Positions 9,453 through 19,886 of a DNA stretch of 64,000 nt are shown here, piece after piece. A program made the translations under genes and the position numbers. Below the pieces are notes generated by a model that saw only the letters and a program-made list of their open reading frames with translations, was not told the origin of the DNA and did not search any database. Source of the stretch: an uncultured Poribacteria bacterium (lineage in GTDB: Bacteria > Poribacteria > WGA-4E > WGA-3G). Positions within the stretch are counted from its first letter, which is position 1; each line of letters starts with the position of its first letter. The stretch spans positions 3,584,001-3,648,000 of the forward strand of contig OX638351.1 in the NCBI GenBank assembly GCA_951813565.1, in the 5' to 3' direction.

Positions 9453-11180
9453 ATGTCATTTGAATTTTCGAGTCTCACGCGAACTCAAAATATAAAAACC
9501 TTAAAGACAGAACCGTTAGATGTATTAGTTATCGGTGGTGGCATCGTCGGGGCTGGCTTAATTCGAGACCTCGCGTTAAACGGGGGAATCAAGGCTGGTT
9601 TGATTGAACAAGATGATTTTGCCAGTGGAACAAGTGGTGCAAGTTCTCAGCTTATTCACGGTGGGTTCCGCTATCTTGCCACACGCGACATCGGTCTTGT
9701 GAAACAAGCGCGCAAGGAACGAGAAATACTGCTTCATATCGCACCTAACCTCGTTAAACCTATACCGTTGGCGATTCTTAGTTATAAGGGTGACCCGTAT
9801 CCACTCACCGGTATTCAACTCGCCGCACGTTATTACAATCATCTCTCGAAATCAGACATAGCAGAAAAGTCAAAGCTTCTGCGAGATGTCCATAAGATAC
9901 AAGCCATGGTCGGCCCTGTTGCGACAGATGCATTAAAAGGCTGTGTTGTGTTATGGGACAGCAAGGTAGACGATGCGAGACTAACTATAGCAACACTTAA
10001 AGACGCATATCAGAACGGTGGGATTGTAACGAACTATGTCCAGTTTCTTCATTTTATTGCCCAACCCGATACGTCAAATCCAACGCACCGCATAATGGCT
10101 AAAGATACTATTTCTGGTGAATGTTTTGAGATTGCCGCACGAAAAATTGTTTCTACGGCAGGTCCTTGGACAGATCAGTTATGGCGTAAAGACCCCAGTT
10201 ATGATGGAGTTCCTCGATTGGTGACCAAAAATGCTAAAGGAATTCACCTTATTTTGCCACGTTGTGTTGGGGGAAATAGTTCAGTTCAGTATGGTGTGAT
10301 AACAGTGACACAGGCAGAAAAGTCGCATAATGAAAAGCAGCGCGCAATTTTTATTTTGCCCGGTGAGCACGATACCTCTATCATTGGCACAACTGAAACG
10401 ACACCAGAGGGCGAACCGGAGTCTGTCCGTCCTTCCACAAAAGAAGTGGCGTATCTGCTTTCTGAAATACAGCGGCTTTTTCCAAGTATGTCGTTTGATC
10501 GCAGCGCTATTATTGGTGCTTATGCGGGAATACGTCCTCTCATCGCTACCAACAATTCTAAACAAATAAGTGAAAACGAAAGTCGTAATTTTGTTTCCCG
10601 AGAGCATCTAATCACTGAAAGTCCAAGCGGCATCCTATATGTTTATGGCGGAAAACTAACGACACACCGTCTGATCGCTGAGGAAACGGTAGACTACTTG
10701 GCAGAATCTCTAAATGTGCCTCGTGAATGTAAAACTGCTGTCTGTCCCTTGCCAAGTGCTATCTCAGAAGGACTTTGCGCGGATGACATTGATACAGTAA
10801 TACGTTCAAACCATCAATCTGTAGTTAACTTACTTCCAAATTGTGATAAAGAACGTCTCATCCAAAGGTATGGAAACAGAGGATATCAAACCATTCAAGA
10901 GTTTGTGAATCAGGATGCAACGCTCGCTGAACCGATCACAACGTCTCTTCCATTTGTAAAAGCAGAAATCCTTTATGCTTATTGGGGAGAAATGGCAATT
11001 ACGTTAGAAGACCTGCTGTGGAGACGCACCCGCATTGGACGGACGCAGGGACAAGGTTTAGACATAGCACCACAAATAGCGCAATTTCTCGGTAAATGGA
11101 ACAACTGGAATCAGGCAAGGGTCGCAGCAGAAGTTGAGAAGTATACCCACCGCATTCAGTGGTTAAATCATAATTTGTAA
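9453..11180 (+). CDS. glpD: FAD-dependent glycerol-3-phosphate dehydrogenase/oxidase
   Basis: DVLVIGGGIVG, DFASGTS..SSQLIHGGFRYL, DDARL, YAGIRPL, SREH, GGKLTTHR and EDLLWRRTR. Confidence 0.9.
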   Translation: MSFEFSSLTRTQNIKTLKTEPLDVLVIGGGIVGAGLIRDLALNGGIKAGLIEQDDFASGTSGASSQLIHGGFRYLATRDIGLVKQARKEREILLHIAPNLVKPIPLAILSYKGDPYPLTGIQLAARYYNHLSKSDIAEKSKLLRDVHKIQAMVGPVATDALKGCVVLWDSKVDDARLTIATLKDAYQNGGIVTNYVQFLHFIAQPDTSNPTHRIMAKDTISGECFEIAARKIVSTAGPWTDQLWRKDPSYDGVPRLVTKNAKGIHLILPRCVGGNSSVQYGVITVTQAEKSHNEKQRAIFILPGEHDTSIIGTTETTPEGEPESVRPSTKEVAYLLSEIQRLFPSMSFDRSAIIGAYAGIRPLIATNNSKQISENESRNFVSREHLITESPSGILYVYGGKLTTHRLIAEETVDYLAESLNVPRECKTAVCPLPSAISEGLCADDIDTVIRSNHQSVVNLLPNCDKERLIQRYGNRGYQTIQEFVNQDATLAEPITTSLPFVKAEILYAYWGEMAITLEDLLWRRTRIGRTQGQGLDIAPQIAQFLGKWNNWNQARVAAEVEKYTHRIQWLNHNL

Positions 11181-11215
11181 AAATACTTTTAGCCAGGACA
11201 CAGTTTTATAAAAAC

Positions 11216-12256
11216 ATGAATTGGTTCCGTTTTGGCAATCCGGAGTTCCTCTTTTTCCTATGGATCGGATTGCCGCTTTTAATTCTATTGCTGCTTTTTG
11301 GATTGCGCATGAAACGAAAAGCAATGCTGCGATTCCAAAGCAATCTGGATACAACACATCTGAAACGACACAAAGTTCAAGCTGTGTTCTTGATGTTGAG
11401 TTATCTCCTGGTAACGCTTGCGATCGCGCAGCCACAGTGGGGTGCTAAACCTGAAACAGCCGCAGAAAGGTTAGATGTAATGCTTGCATTGGATATTTCT
11501 ACCAGTATGCTTGCTACAGATGGCAATTCTGTCCGCCGACTAACACGTGCCAAAAATGTCATGTTTTCCTTGCTGGAGCAGCTTCAAGGTGATCGTGTCG
11601 GTTTACTTTATTTTGCTGAGGCGAGTATCGTGGTATGTCCATTGACAAACGACATCACTACGCTCAAAGAATTTTTAACAGCGATGACACCTGAAACACT
11701 TGTCCATAGAGGCACACAAATTGGTAATGCAATTGAGATAGCAACTACCCGACTCGTCCCAGAGCAGAGAAACTTGACTACAACAGATACCGATTCCAGT
11801 GGACAAAAAGTGTTGATTTTTTTTACGGATGGTGAGGATCACGGGACAGACGCTATTGCGGCAGCGAAAGCAGCTAAGAGAGATGGTCTGCATATCTATT
11901 GTGTCGGTATTGGAAATCCCGATAAACCTGTTCCGATACCACTGCCGATTGAAAGCACAGGATACAAGCGGGATGTTAATGGACAACTGGTCCTAACCGC
12001 GTTAGATGAGGACTATTTAGACGAGATTGCTAAAGCGGGAAATGGGAACTATTACCATGCAAACGAGGGTATCACACAGTTAACGACTGACCTGACACGA
12101 CTTGAAAAGCAAAAATATAGGATTCACTCAGATGGTAAATATCAAGAAAGGTTTCAATGGTTTGTTGGGTTAGGACTAATTTTCTTGGTTGGTGAATTGT
12201 TGATTCAGAAATGGGAAATCGGAAGAAAGGCAAATAATGGAAGTTTCAAAGCATGA
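11216..12256 (+). CDS. BatB-like VWA-domain membrane protein
   Basis: N-terminal BatA-type helix, A.PQWG, MIDAS DISTS, TDGEDH and a C-terminal ERFQWF transmembrane segment. Confidence 0.85.
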   Translation: MNWFRFGNPEFLFFLWIGLPLLILLLLFGLRMKRKAMLRFQSNLDTTHLKRHKVQAVFLMLSYLLVTLAIAQPQWGAKPETAAERLDVMLALDISTSMLATDGNSVRRLTRAKNVMFSLLEQLQGDRVGLLYFAEASIVVCPLTNDITTLKEFLTAMTPETLVHRGTQIGNAIEIATTRLVPEQRNLTTTDTDSSGQKVLIFFTDGEDHGTDAIAAAKAAKRDGLHIYCVGIGNPDKPVPIPLPIESTGYKRDVNGQLVLTALDEDYLDEIAKAGNGNYYHANEGITQLTTDLTRLEKQKYRIHSDGKYQERFQWFVGLGLIFLVGELLIQKWEIGRKANNGSFKA

Positions 12257-12289
12257 TCGCTTCTTTCAACTTTGTAGCGTAATTATAGT

Positions 12290-13379
12290 CAGGACTTACG
12301 CAGTCTTGAAGATTATTGAAGGATTTGAGAGTTGATGTCGTAAATAATCGTCCAATAAGCTATCTTTAAGCTCATAAATTGTTCTACCAACTGCACGGGC
12401 AGTGCGTGTCAAACAGACCCATACTTGAAAACAACACGCAATATGATTTCTTTGCGCACGCAACTTGCGACATTGACATTTACCAATACCAGTGACTTGT
12501 TTGATCTCACGATGAAATTGCTCAATCTTCCAACGCACTTTACATTCTTGGATTGTGGCATCCGCATCTGATTGAGATAAATCGTTTGTAGCGATATATA
12601 CCGTGTGTCCGTTAGAGGACGCTATCCGGAACAACTTCACTTGATGTCCATTTGGAAACTTATTGATGTGCACGCGTTTTCCTTGTCGTATTTCTGTTTG
12701 GGTCCAACATAAATCTTGGACTTGTTGGTGTTGTTCAACACCATCCGTATCATTGACAAGACGATTACGCTTGAGAGGCACATAGTAAATCTTGGAAAGT
12801 TTTTCAATCGCTTTGATGACTTTCATTGACGCATACCAAGCATCCATGAGCACAGTCCGAAACGGGAGTTGTTTTTTCAAGTAGACATTGTGCAACATTT
12901 CCAGTAAATGGTCTATTTTGGTTTTACCATCATGATCTTTGTCAAAAATACGATAATCAATGATCCAATATTCTTGCGTCTTTGGATTGACATAAAGACA
13001 CGTGACAATACCGATGCCTACAACGACTTTTTTGTCGCTACCACTCCATTGAGAACGAAGGGCTTCAATCTCTTTGGCATGGAGTTTAGGAAGCACAAAA
13101 TCATCAAAAACTATGTATCCTTCATCATCATACTCAATGTCATCCTTTACGGATTGCCAGAGTTCGTTGGAAGGAATGTTTTCATTTCTCAAAAAACGAT
13201 TGAGTTGATCGTGGCTCCATTTCTCTATATGATCAGCAAAGTAGGTTTGTGTCCAATTCGTGACACTTGCTATCAAAAACTGACAATAATCGGAAAATAG
13301 GTTTTCCTTCTTTTGAGAGTGGGAAAATGTAATCATAATAGAATAGTATACACCATTTTATAAAAATGCGTAAGTCCTG
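12290..13379 (-). mobile_element. IS701-family insertion sequence
   Basis: 13-bp perfect TIR CAGGACTTACGCA (12290-12302 and 13367-13379) with 5-bp direct repeat ATAGT (12285-12289 and 13380-13384). Confidence 0.9.
12296..13336 (-). CDS. IS701-family DDE transposase
   Basis: SHDQLNRFL, VFDD, LMDAWY and RWKIEQFHREIKQVTGI..CQCR...AQRNHI. Confidence 0.92.
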   Translation of the reverse strand: MITFSHSQKKENLFSDYCQFLIASVTNWTQTYFADHIEKWSHDQLNRFLRNENIPSNELWQSVKDDIEYDDEGYIVFDDFVLPKLHAKEIEALRSQWSGSDKKVVVGIGIVTCLYVNPKTQEYWIIDYRIFDKDHDGKTKIDHLLEMLHNVYLKKQLPFRTVLMDAWYASMKVIKAIEKLSKIYYVPLKRNRLVNDTDGVEQHQQVQDLCWTQTEIRQGKRVHINKFPNGHQVKLFRIASSNGHTVYIATNDLSQSDADATIQECKVRWKIEQFHREIKQVTGIGKCQCRKLRAQRNHIACCFQVWVCLTRTARAVGRTIYELKDSLLDDYLRHQLSNPSIIFKTA

Positions 13380-13380
13380 A

Positions 13381-13511
13381 TAGTAAATTATGTAAATAAG
13401 TTCACATATATTCTGTAGGAGCGATCTCCGAATCGCGACGAAACCACTAATAGTCGGCAATCGGAGTTCCCTCGGACAGCTCAGATGTCCAGTTAATTGT
13501 AGAATCCAGTA
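13381..13511 (-). mobile_element. ~130-bp TA-flanked MITE, copy 1
   Basis: Near-identical reverse complement of 23760-23890. It has imperfect TIRs (TAGTAAATTATGTAAATAAG / CTACAATTAAC..) and an internal GTAGGAGCGATCTCCGAATCGC REP. Confidence 0.8.
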
Positions 13512-13520
13512 TAATGTAAA

Positions 13521-14543
13521 TTATGTTTTCTTGTAAATCAGACCACCGGGACGGAATCGCATTAGCAAAATAAGGACAATGCCAAAAATAAGGTAACGCG
13601 CACCTGCTAATTCGGGATATTCAGTAAATTGGGTAAGAACTTCACGTAAAATTTCTCCTAATGAGCCAAGAATAACTGCACCTATCATCGCTCCTCTGAT
13701 GCTTCCCATACCTCCGAGGACCACCATACAGAGGATCAGGATTGATTCCCAGAATTCAAAGAATGGCGCACTAATGTTGACTTGAAATTGTGCGATGAAG
13801 CATCCTCCCAATGCCCCAATTGCAGCACTCACTGCAAAAGCAAGCGATTTATAACGACCAACATTAATCCCCATGCTTTCTGCTGCATTCTCGTCTTCGC
13901 GGATTGCAACCCACGCTCTGCCAACACGAGAATTCTGTAACCTATAGGTAATAAAAACAACCAAAATTAGCAAAATAAGAATGTGGTAATAGTTGTGCCA
14001 ATTTTGATTGAACGTTATTTTAAAAATACCTGGCAAAGATAGGCTTGGGGCAGGAATCCCACGGAGTTGTCCATTTGGAGCACCAATTAACCACTGTTCG
14101 TTTCTCACTATGCGAAAGAACAACTCGGCAAACCCAAATGTGACAATCGCAAAGTAATCTCCCGTAAGCCGTAAAGTTGGTATTCCACGCAATAAACCCC
14201 ACACTGTGCCATGTAGCACAGCCAGCGGCAAGGCAAACCAATAGGGAATACCAAGACGCTGCATCAATAACCCGGCTGTGTAACCTCCAATCAAATAGAA
14301 GGCAACATATCCGAGATCAAGTAGTCCTGTAAATCCGCAAACGATATTTAGTCCGACAGCGAGAAGCATGTAGAGACAAGCACGAACAACAATCCGTAGT
14401 ACGTAATCTCCACCCGGCCAACCAAAGTCGATTCTATATTCGGATAAAAATTTCCCTATACCATCAATACCATACATGAACAGTGGTAAAAAACAGATAC
14501 ATAGGCAGAGAATTATGTTTTTAGGTGTTAATTTATCTCGCAT
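13521..14543 (-). CDS. livM: Branched-chain amino acid ABC permease LivM
   Basis: GLNIVCGFTGLLDLGYVAFY, LRLTGDYFAIVTFGFAE, SRVGRAWVAIREDE and VVLGGMGS. Confidence 0.92.
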   Translation of the reverse strand: MRDKLTPKNIILCLCICFLPLFMYGIDGIGKFLSEYRIDFGWPGGDYVLRIVVRACLYMLLAVGLNIVCGFTGLLDLGYVAFYLIGGYTAGLLMQRLGIPYWFALPLAVLHGTVWGLLRGIPTLRLTGDYFAIVTFGFAELFFRIVRNEQWLIGAPNGQLRGIPAPSLSLPGIFKITFNQNWHNYYHILILLILVVFITYRLQNSRVGRAWVAIREDENAAESMGINVGRYKSLAFAVSAAIGALGGCFIAQFQVNISAPFFEFWESILILCMVVLGGMGSIRGAMIGAVILGSLGEILREVLTQFTEYPELAGARYLIFGIVLILLMRFRPGGLIYKKT

Positions 14544-14568
14544 CTAAGACTCATACTCGCGCTTTTCA

Positions 14569-15489
14569 CTATGCGCGTGTGCTTGTTGATTTGCCAAATA
14601 AACCAGATGGACGAATCAAAATTACAAGAATCATGATAATATATGCAAATGCTATCCGATAACCAGAGTGAATGTCAGCACCAAATACTTCGGCTATCCC
14701 AATCACGAGTCCACCGAAAATTGCTCCAGAGATACTACCAATCCCACCAAGAACAGCAGCTGCAAACGCAGCAACCCCCTTATGATATCCCATCGTAGGT
14801 GTAACAACTTCACTCAAACCAACCATAATGCCTGCAACTGCGCCTAAGGCAGAACCGATGGCAAACGTTACTGCAATAACTTGGTTCGTTCTTATCCCCA
14901 TTAAATTCGCTGCAACCGCATTTTGCGCGCACGCACGCATCGCTTTTCCTATTTTGGTTAAGTAAATCAACATGTTTAGGACGATCATTAAAACAATTGC
15001 TAAAAAGAGAATAAACACGTCACGAAAAGGTAGAATACCACCTCCAGGAAGCGGTATGGCATTTATAACTTCGCCTGTTTTTGTCACTTCACTGAGAAAA
15101 AAAGACGGCAGAGATTCAGACGGAAATTGACGCGGTCTCGCTGACCAAATCATTCGCGCGAGGTTTTGCAATGCAAGCGATATACCGATAGCCGTTATCA
15201 GCGCTGATAGACGCGGTGCATTTCGAAGCGGCCTGTATGCTACAAAGTCAATCAACATTCCTAAAATAGCACAAAGGAGCATGCTAAACGGCAAAGCTAT
15301 CCAAAACGGTATACCAAAAACCGTGATAAGCATAAGTGCAATGTAGGCGCCAAACATGTAAATCTCACCATGCGCGAAGTTAATCAATTGAATAATGCCG
15401 TAGACCATTGTGTAACCAACAGCAATAAGCGCATAAATACCCCCGAGTACCAATCCATTGATTAATTGTTCAAAAATTTGGGCCATCAT
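14569..15489 (-). CDS. livH: Branched-chain amino acid ABC permease LivH
   Basis: YALIAVGYTMVYGIIQLINFAHGE and AFAAAVLGGIGS. Confidence 0.93.
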   Translation of the reverse strand: MMAQIFEQLINGLVLGGIYALIAVGYTMVYGIIQLINFAHGEIYMFGAYIALMLITVFGIPFWIALPFSMLLCAILGMLIDFVAYRPLRNAPRLSALITAIGISLALQNLARMIWSARPRQFPSESLPSFFLSEVTKTGEVINAIPLPGGGILPFRDVFILFLAIVLMIVLNMLIYLTKIGKAMRACAQNAVAANLMGIRTNQVIAVTFAIGSALGAVAGIMVGLSEVVTPTMGYHKGVAAFAAAVLGGIGSISGAIFGGLVIGIAEVFGADIHSGYRIAFAYIIMILVILIRPSGLFGKSTSTRA

Positions 15490-15564
15490 TTCTTGTTTTT
15501 AGTCCCCCATTATGGAGATGTCTCACAGGACATTTTGCACTTAAGCTATTAGAGGTAAAACCAA

Positions 15565-16782
15565 TTACTCCATATCAAGTAGTTGTTCCTCAGCTGCAGC
15601 AAATTTCCCATCTTTTACTATCTTTACATAAGCCGGTTTATCAATCGTGTCCCCATTATGATCAAAATAGGTTAGCCCTGTGATCCCTTTGAAGCCTTCT
15701 TCAGGCGTATCTATAGCGGCTAAATGTTCACGGATAGCCGTTCGATTATCTGCAACCGATGCTTCCGAATTATAAGTTTTTTGAAGTGCTTCGGCAATCA
15801 TTCCAACCGCATCGTAAGTTAAAGCAGCCCAAGTATCTGGCGGCACACTGTGAAGTTTTTCAAAATTGGATGCCATCTCCTGCGCTTTTTTGTCATCAGC
15901 ACCAAATAAAAAGGGAGTCGTAATATAGGTGCCTTCTGCAGCTCTTGAACCAGCAGTTGTCAGGAAATCGGCATTATCAATACCATCTGCCCCAAAAAAT
16001 TGTGCAGTAATCCCTGCTTCACGTGCTTGCTTTACAATCAAGCCAGCTTCCGTATAAAGTCCAGAAATAAAAATAGCGTCAGGCTTTTTGGCTTTAATGC
16101 TGGTCAGTTGTGCCTTAAAATTGGTAGTATCCCTTTCGTACGCTTCTGAGGCAACAAGAGTAAGTTCTGTATTTTCGACTTCAGCGACAAACGCGTTTCT
16201 TAAACCACGCCCATAATCATCGTTATCAAAAAAGACAGCAACCGACTCAAGATCGGTCAAAACATTATCTATATATTGCGCAATGAATTTTCCCTGAAAA
16301 TCGTCTCGATATAAATTACGAAAAGTCCATTTGCTCCCTTCGCAAACCTCTACAGCAGTAGAACCAGGGGAAAGTTCAACAATACCAACACGATCATAAA
16401 TAGTTTGACCAGCTAATGAACACGCACTGTTAAAATGCCCAACAACTGCCAAGATTTTGTTGTCGTTTGCGATGCGTTCTGCCACAAGACTTGCTTCTGA
16501 TCCTTTGCCAGCATCATCTCTAAAAAGCAGCGTCAATTTCATACCATTGATTCCGCCAGCTTCGTTAATCTCTTTTTCTTTAAGTTGAGCACCTCGTTTG
16601 ATCATATCTCCAAACGCAGCAGCACCGCCTGTATAGGGTGCTGCAACCGCAACTTTTAACTCTTGTTGTGCTTCTTGTGTTTCGTCCGTTTCGTCAGCAT
16701 TGTCTGTATTTTTGGCTGGCGGTTGGCATCCCCATACGGATAAAAGTCCCACTACCAGTAACCCTACAAGCCAATTTCTCAT
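15565..16782 (-). CDS. Branched-chain amino acid ABC substrate-binding lipoprotein (LivJ/LivK family)
   Basis: Lipobox-like VWGC, INEAGGING, VVGHFNS and YDAV motifs. Adjacent to livH/livM. Confidence 0.9.
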   Translation of the reverse strand: MRNWLVGLLVVGLLSVWGCQPPAKNTDNADETDETQEAQQELKVAVAAPYTGGAAAFGDMIKRGAQLKEKEINEAGGINGMKLTLLFRDDAGKGSEASLVAERIANDNKILAVVGHFNSACSLAGQTIYDRVGIVELSPGSTAVEVCEGSKWTFRNLYRDDFQGKFIAQYIDNVLTDLESVAVFFDNDDYGRGLRNAFVAEVENTELTLVASEAYERDTTNFKAQLTSIKAKKPDAIFISGLYTEAGLIVKQAREAGITAQFFGADGIDNADFLTTAGSRAAEGTYITTPFLFGADDKKAQEMASNFEKLHSVPPDTWAALTYDAVGMIAEALQKTYNSEASVADNRTAIREHLAAIDTPEEGFKGITGLTYFDHNGDTIDKPAYVKIVKDGKFAAAEEQLLDME

Positions 16783-16796
16783 TTACATATACTCCT

Positions 16797-17579
16797 TCAT
16801 TGTATAGCAGATTTTTCTGAAACGACCTGCCTAAAGTCAAATTTAAATTTCAATTTTTCCTGCTTGCCATCTGAACGTACTACGTTGATTTCGGGAACAA
16901 TAATCCGCATTTCCGTATTGTCAAGATTGAGTCTTTCAAATATTAAAAGTCCACGTCGCTTTGCACCTTTGAACAACTTTCCACTCTCAAAGAGACTTTC
17001 CGCAACGACTGCATGTCCTTCCTCCAATGCTGCCATATCCAAGTAAGTTTGAGAGTATGGATAATATCTGTGATAGGGAGAATGATGGTGTGGATATGTT
17101 CTTGCGGGTAATACGTTATGCTCTGAGGGAGTCACGTTGTCGTAGAGGTCTTCAAAGTAATCGTAAGTAAGGTTTGCGTATTGCGCGCCATTTCGATCAA
17201 TAAGTATTGCCGATTCTTCAACCAAAACCCGTGGCGTATCAAGATTGTGGACTGTCATTTCAAAAACTGTATAGATCGGTTCAACATCACCACGTCTGCC
17301 AACAATGAGATAAGGATTGATGCGCGGATCATCGGTTAACTCAAATATCTCTACTTCATCAAGCGGTTCAATGGTAACAGCAACCCCTTTTTGCAGCATG
17401 GTAACAGCACCTGTTTCAGGATTAATTTTTGTGTTTGTCTGTCCTTCAATTGGTTCTATGTAGACCTCAACTGAAGGTTGCGGCACCACTGCACAACTCG
17501 CTAACAGTACACTGACTAAAATAAGTATACCGAAGCGTAGGTAGTTTGTATATGTACCTTTCAGTATTTGGCATGTCAT
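16797..17579 (-). CDS. Hypothetical lipoprotein
   Basis: Hydrophobic segment ending in LLASC. The start is uncertain: the ORF opens at 17621, and ATG 17579 follows GGAGGG. Confidence 0.6.
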   Translation of the reverse strand: MTCQILKGTYTNYLRFGILILVSVLLASCAVVPQPSVEVYIEPIEGQTNTKINPETGAVTMLQKGVAVTIEPLDEVEIFELTDDPRINPYLIVGRRGDVEPIYTVFEMTVHNLDTPRVLVEESAILIDRNGAQYANLTYDYFEDLYDNVTPSEHNVLPARTYPHHHSPYHRYYPYSQTYLDMAALEEGHAVVAESLFESGKLFKGAKRRGLLIFERLNLDNTEMRIIVPEINVVRSDGKQEKLKFKFDFRQVVSEKSAIQ

Positions 17580-17723
17580 GAACTTTGCCCTCCTTTTCAC
17601 CGTAAAACACCAATAATACATATTGGCTCATGTAAAGTATGTGTGCGTTTGTTTTCACGAAGTCAATGGTCATAGGGATAAACAGTTTCATTTGCACTTA
17701 TTTTTTTCATGAACCTACATATT

Positions 17724-19034
17724 TTACACAATATCTGTATTATTGTCAACGTTTTTATCAGTTTTCTCAATCTTTTGATATTGTGATGTCAAATTCAGGA
17801 TAAGTCCACCCCATATACATGATGCTACCATAGCGGCAATGGAATAGACTGCACCGGGAATAGTTTTCACAACCACACCAATTAATGCAATGACACTCGC
17901 GCTACCACTTTTGCCAGAACGATATAAAAAAGAATCTATAATCTGTTTTGCGCGGTAGCGTTCGTCATAAGAAAGGGGCATATAGAATAATTCTTTACCA
18001 GCACGAAATAGCGAGTAGTCAAGTGCTTTGAACATTAGAAAAGCTCTTGAACCAGCACGAAGCGATGGTGTAAGAGTCAAAATAAGTCCGTTGACCAGAT
18101 GTACTATTGGAATGCCGATATGGATAATCCGAATAGAGACAAATCGTAGTGCTATAGGGACAACAATCAACTGCAAAACTGCCGCAATTGCAGCAAGACC
18201 TGCATAAAATTTACCGAAGTATGCTGTCATGGTATCTGTATTAAGTATTTCTTTTTCGACCAATCCATCGAATCGGATGACAAGAACGGTTGAGATAACT
18301 TGGGTGCTTAGGATAAGCAAACCAATAAAGACAAGATATCTGGAACTGAAAAGGGTTTTTACGCCGAGGTGTCCCCTCCGTCCACCTTCTTCTGCAACAG
18401 CCGGTTTTGGTTCTCCTGCAAGGTTGTAAGCAATAACACCAAAAATTGCTGCTGGGATGAGGGAAGCAGTTGTAAACAGTAGTAGGGTCTCAGAACCTAA
18501 AGTTTCTGCCCATCTATTAACGAGTAATCCTCCAACAACGGATCCGACAGAGGCAATCGCGCAAAAAGGACCGTTAATAGTCTTCGCTTGTTTAGTCGTA
18601 AGAGTACTGTTGACAAAAGACCAAAATTGCTCAAGGACGATCACAATGTATGCTTCACGAAAAACGTAAATGATAGCAGCAGCAAAGTCTATGCCGTTTA
18701 AAAGTGCTATGTAGGTCCCTAAGATCAAAACCCCTGATAAAACAGAAGTAATTGCTAAAGTACGTGTCGCACCAAGCCATGAGAGCAAACGTCCATAAAT
18801 GTAGAGAAGTAGAAGGAGCCCGGGTAGGACAGCCGCCATAACGCGTGGGAGGTTTTCTGCAGTGTATGCCGCAATGAATAAGGATTCTGAAACAGCACGA
18901 ATAAACTCATAACCGAATAGAAGAAAACTCGCAGCAGCAGAGATTGCAAATGCAGCAAAAAGGATATGTCTTGGAAGATTAACGAACTCTGAAAAGTAGC
19001 GGAACACGCTTCGTGTGCTATTATTTAAATCCAT
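17724..19034 (-). CDS. Npt1/Npt2 (TLC ATP/ADP translocase-like) MFS transporter
   Basis: About 12 TM segments with family motifs EQFWSFVN...QAK and KALDYSL.RAGKELFYMPLS.DERYRAKQIID....R.G. Confidence 0.8.
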   Translation of the reverse strand: MDLNNSTRSVFRYFSEFVNLPRHILFAAFAISAAASFLLFGYEFIRAVSESLFIAAYTAENLPRVMAAVLPGLLLLLYIYGRLLSWLGATRTLAITSVLSGVLILGTYIALLNGIDFAAAIIYVFREAYIVIVLEQFWSFVNSTLTTKQAKTINGPFCAIASVGSVVGGLLVNRWAETLGSETLLLFTTASLIPAAIFGVIAYNLAGEPKPAVAEEGGRRGHLGVKTLFSSRYLVFIGLLILSTQVISTVLVIRFDGLVEKEILNTDTMTAYFGKFYAGLAAIAAVLQLIVVPIALRFVSIRIIHIGIPIVHLVNGLILTLTPSLRAGSRAFLMFKALDYSLFRAGKELFYMPLSYDERYRAKQIIDSFLYRSGKSGSASVIALIGVVVKTIPGAVYSIAAMVASCIWGGLILNLTSQYQKIEKTDKNVDNNTDIV

Positions 19035-19064
19035 ACTTACGGAAATTCATGACTGTCATTGCAG

Positions 19065-19886
19065 TTAGGGCAGGGTATCCTCAGCGGGACGTGGGTTGTG
19101 AACCCAATGTCCATTTGGATCAGTTCCTCTGGCAATAATAGCCCGTTGGTTCCAATTGTTCGCGGCATAGACTTCTGGTGGCACAAATCGCATTGTTAAA
19201 CCACATCGACGCCGATCAGAGGTGTTCGGTTCTGAACCGTGCAACAGTAAATCAGAATGCAACGAAAGCTGCCCTGCTTTCATTTCAAACGGTACAGGCG
19301 CATCACCAAATTGTTCTGGTTCATGAACAGTCTGACCAAGTACATTCTTTTCCTCTGCTGTACTTCTTTCAAACGCGATCTGTCCATGTAGATGTGATTT
19401 TGGAATAACAGTCATCGCACCGTTTTCGACGGAGGCATCATCAATCGCGAGCCATACGGTGACAGTTTTGCTCGGAGAGAGTGGCCAGTAAGACGCATCC
19501 TGATGCCAGCTTACCTGTTTTTCTTCGCCAGGAAGTTTGCAGAAGTAATGTGTTCCCCAGCAAATTAGATTTTCACCGAGCAGGTCTTGGACATAATCCA
19601 GTATTCGGTCTTCAGTAATGAGGTCATGAATGCCTGCACTACGTGTATGCCAACCGTTAATGGAATAACCGTTTCCACCTTCCGCCAAAACTTTTTCCAT
19701 AAGTTGGTTGAAGTATTCGCGATGTTGGAAGATTTCTGCTTCAGAGAAAACGTCTAAAGGACAGATGAATCCGTTTTCATTAAAGTGTTGGATTTGGGCA
19801 CGCGTTAATGTTGACGGGTTTTCGTTTTCAACAGGGAAAAATTGTAGTTTACGCTTGAGTTCTGGGATTGCATCCGTAATTGCCAT
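19065..19886 (-). CDS. Phytanoyl-CoA dioxygenase (PhyH) family Fe(II)/2OG oxygenase
   Basis: WHQD, VWLAIDD...ENG, LLHGS.PN.S..RR. Confidence 0.92.
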   Translation of the reverse strand: MAITDAIPELKRKLQFFPVENENPSTLTRAQIQHFNENGFICPLDVFSEAEIFQHREYFNQLMEKVLAEGGNGYSINGWHTRSAGIHDLITEDRILDYVQDLLGENLICWGTHYFCKLPGEEKQVSWHQDASYWPLSPSKTVTVWLAIDDASVENGAMTVIPKSHLHGQIAFERSTAEEKNVLGQTVHEPEQFGDAPVPFEMKAGQLSLHSDLLLHGSEPNTSDRRRCGLTMRFVPPEVYAANNWNQRAIIARGTDPNGHWVHNPRPAEDTLP

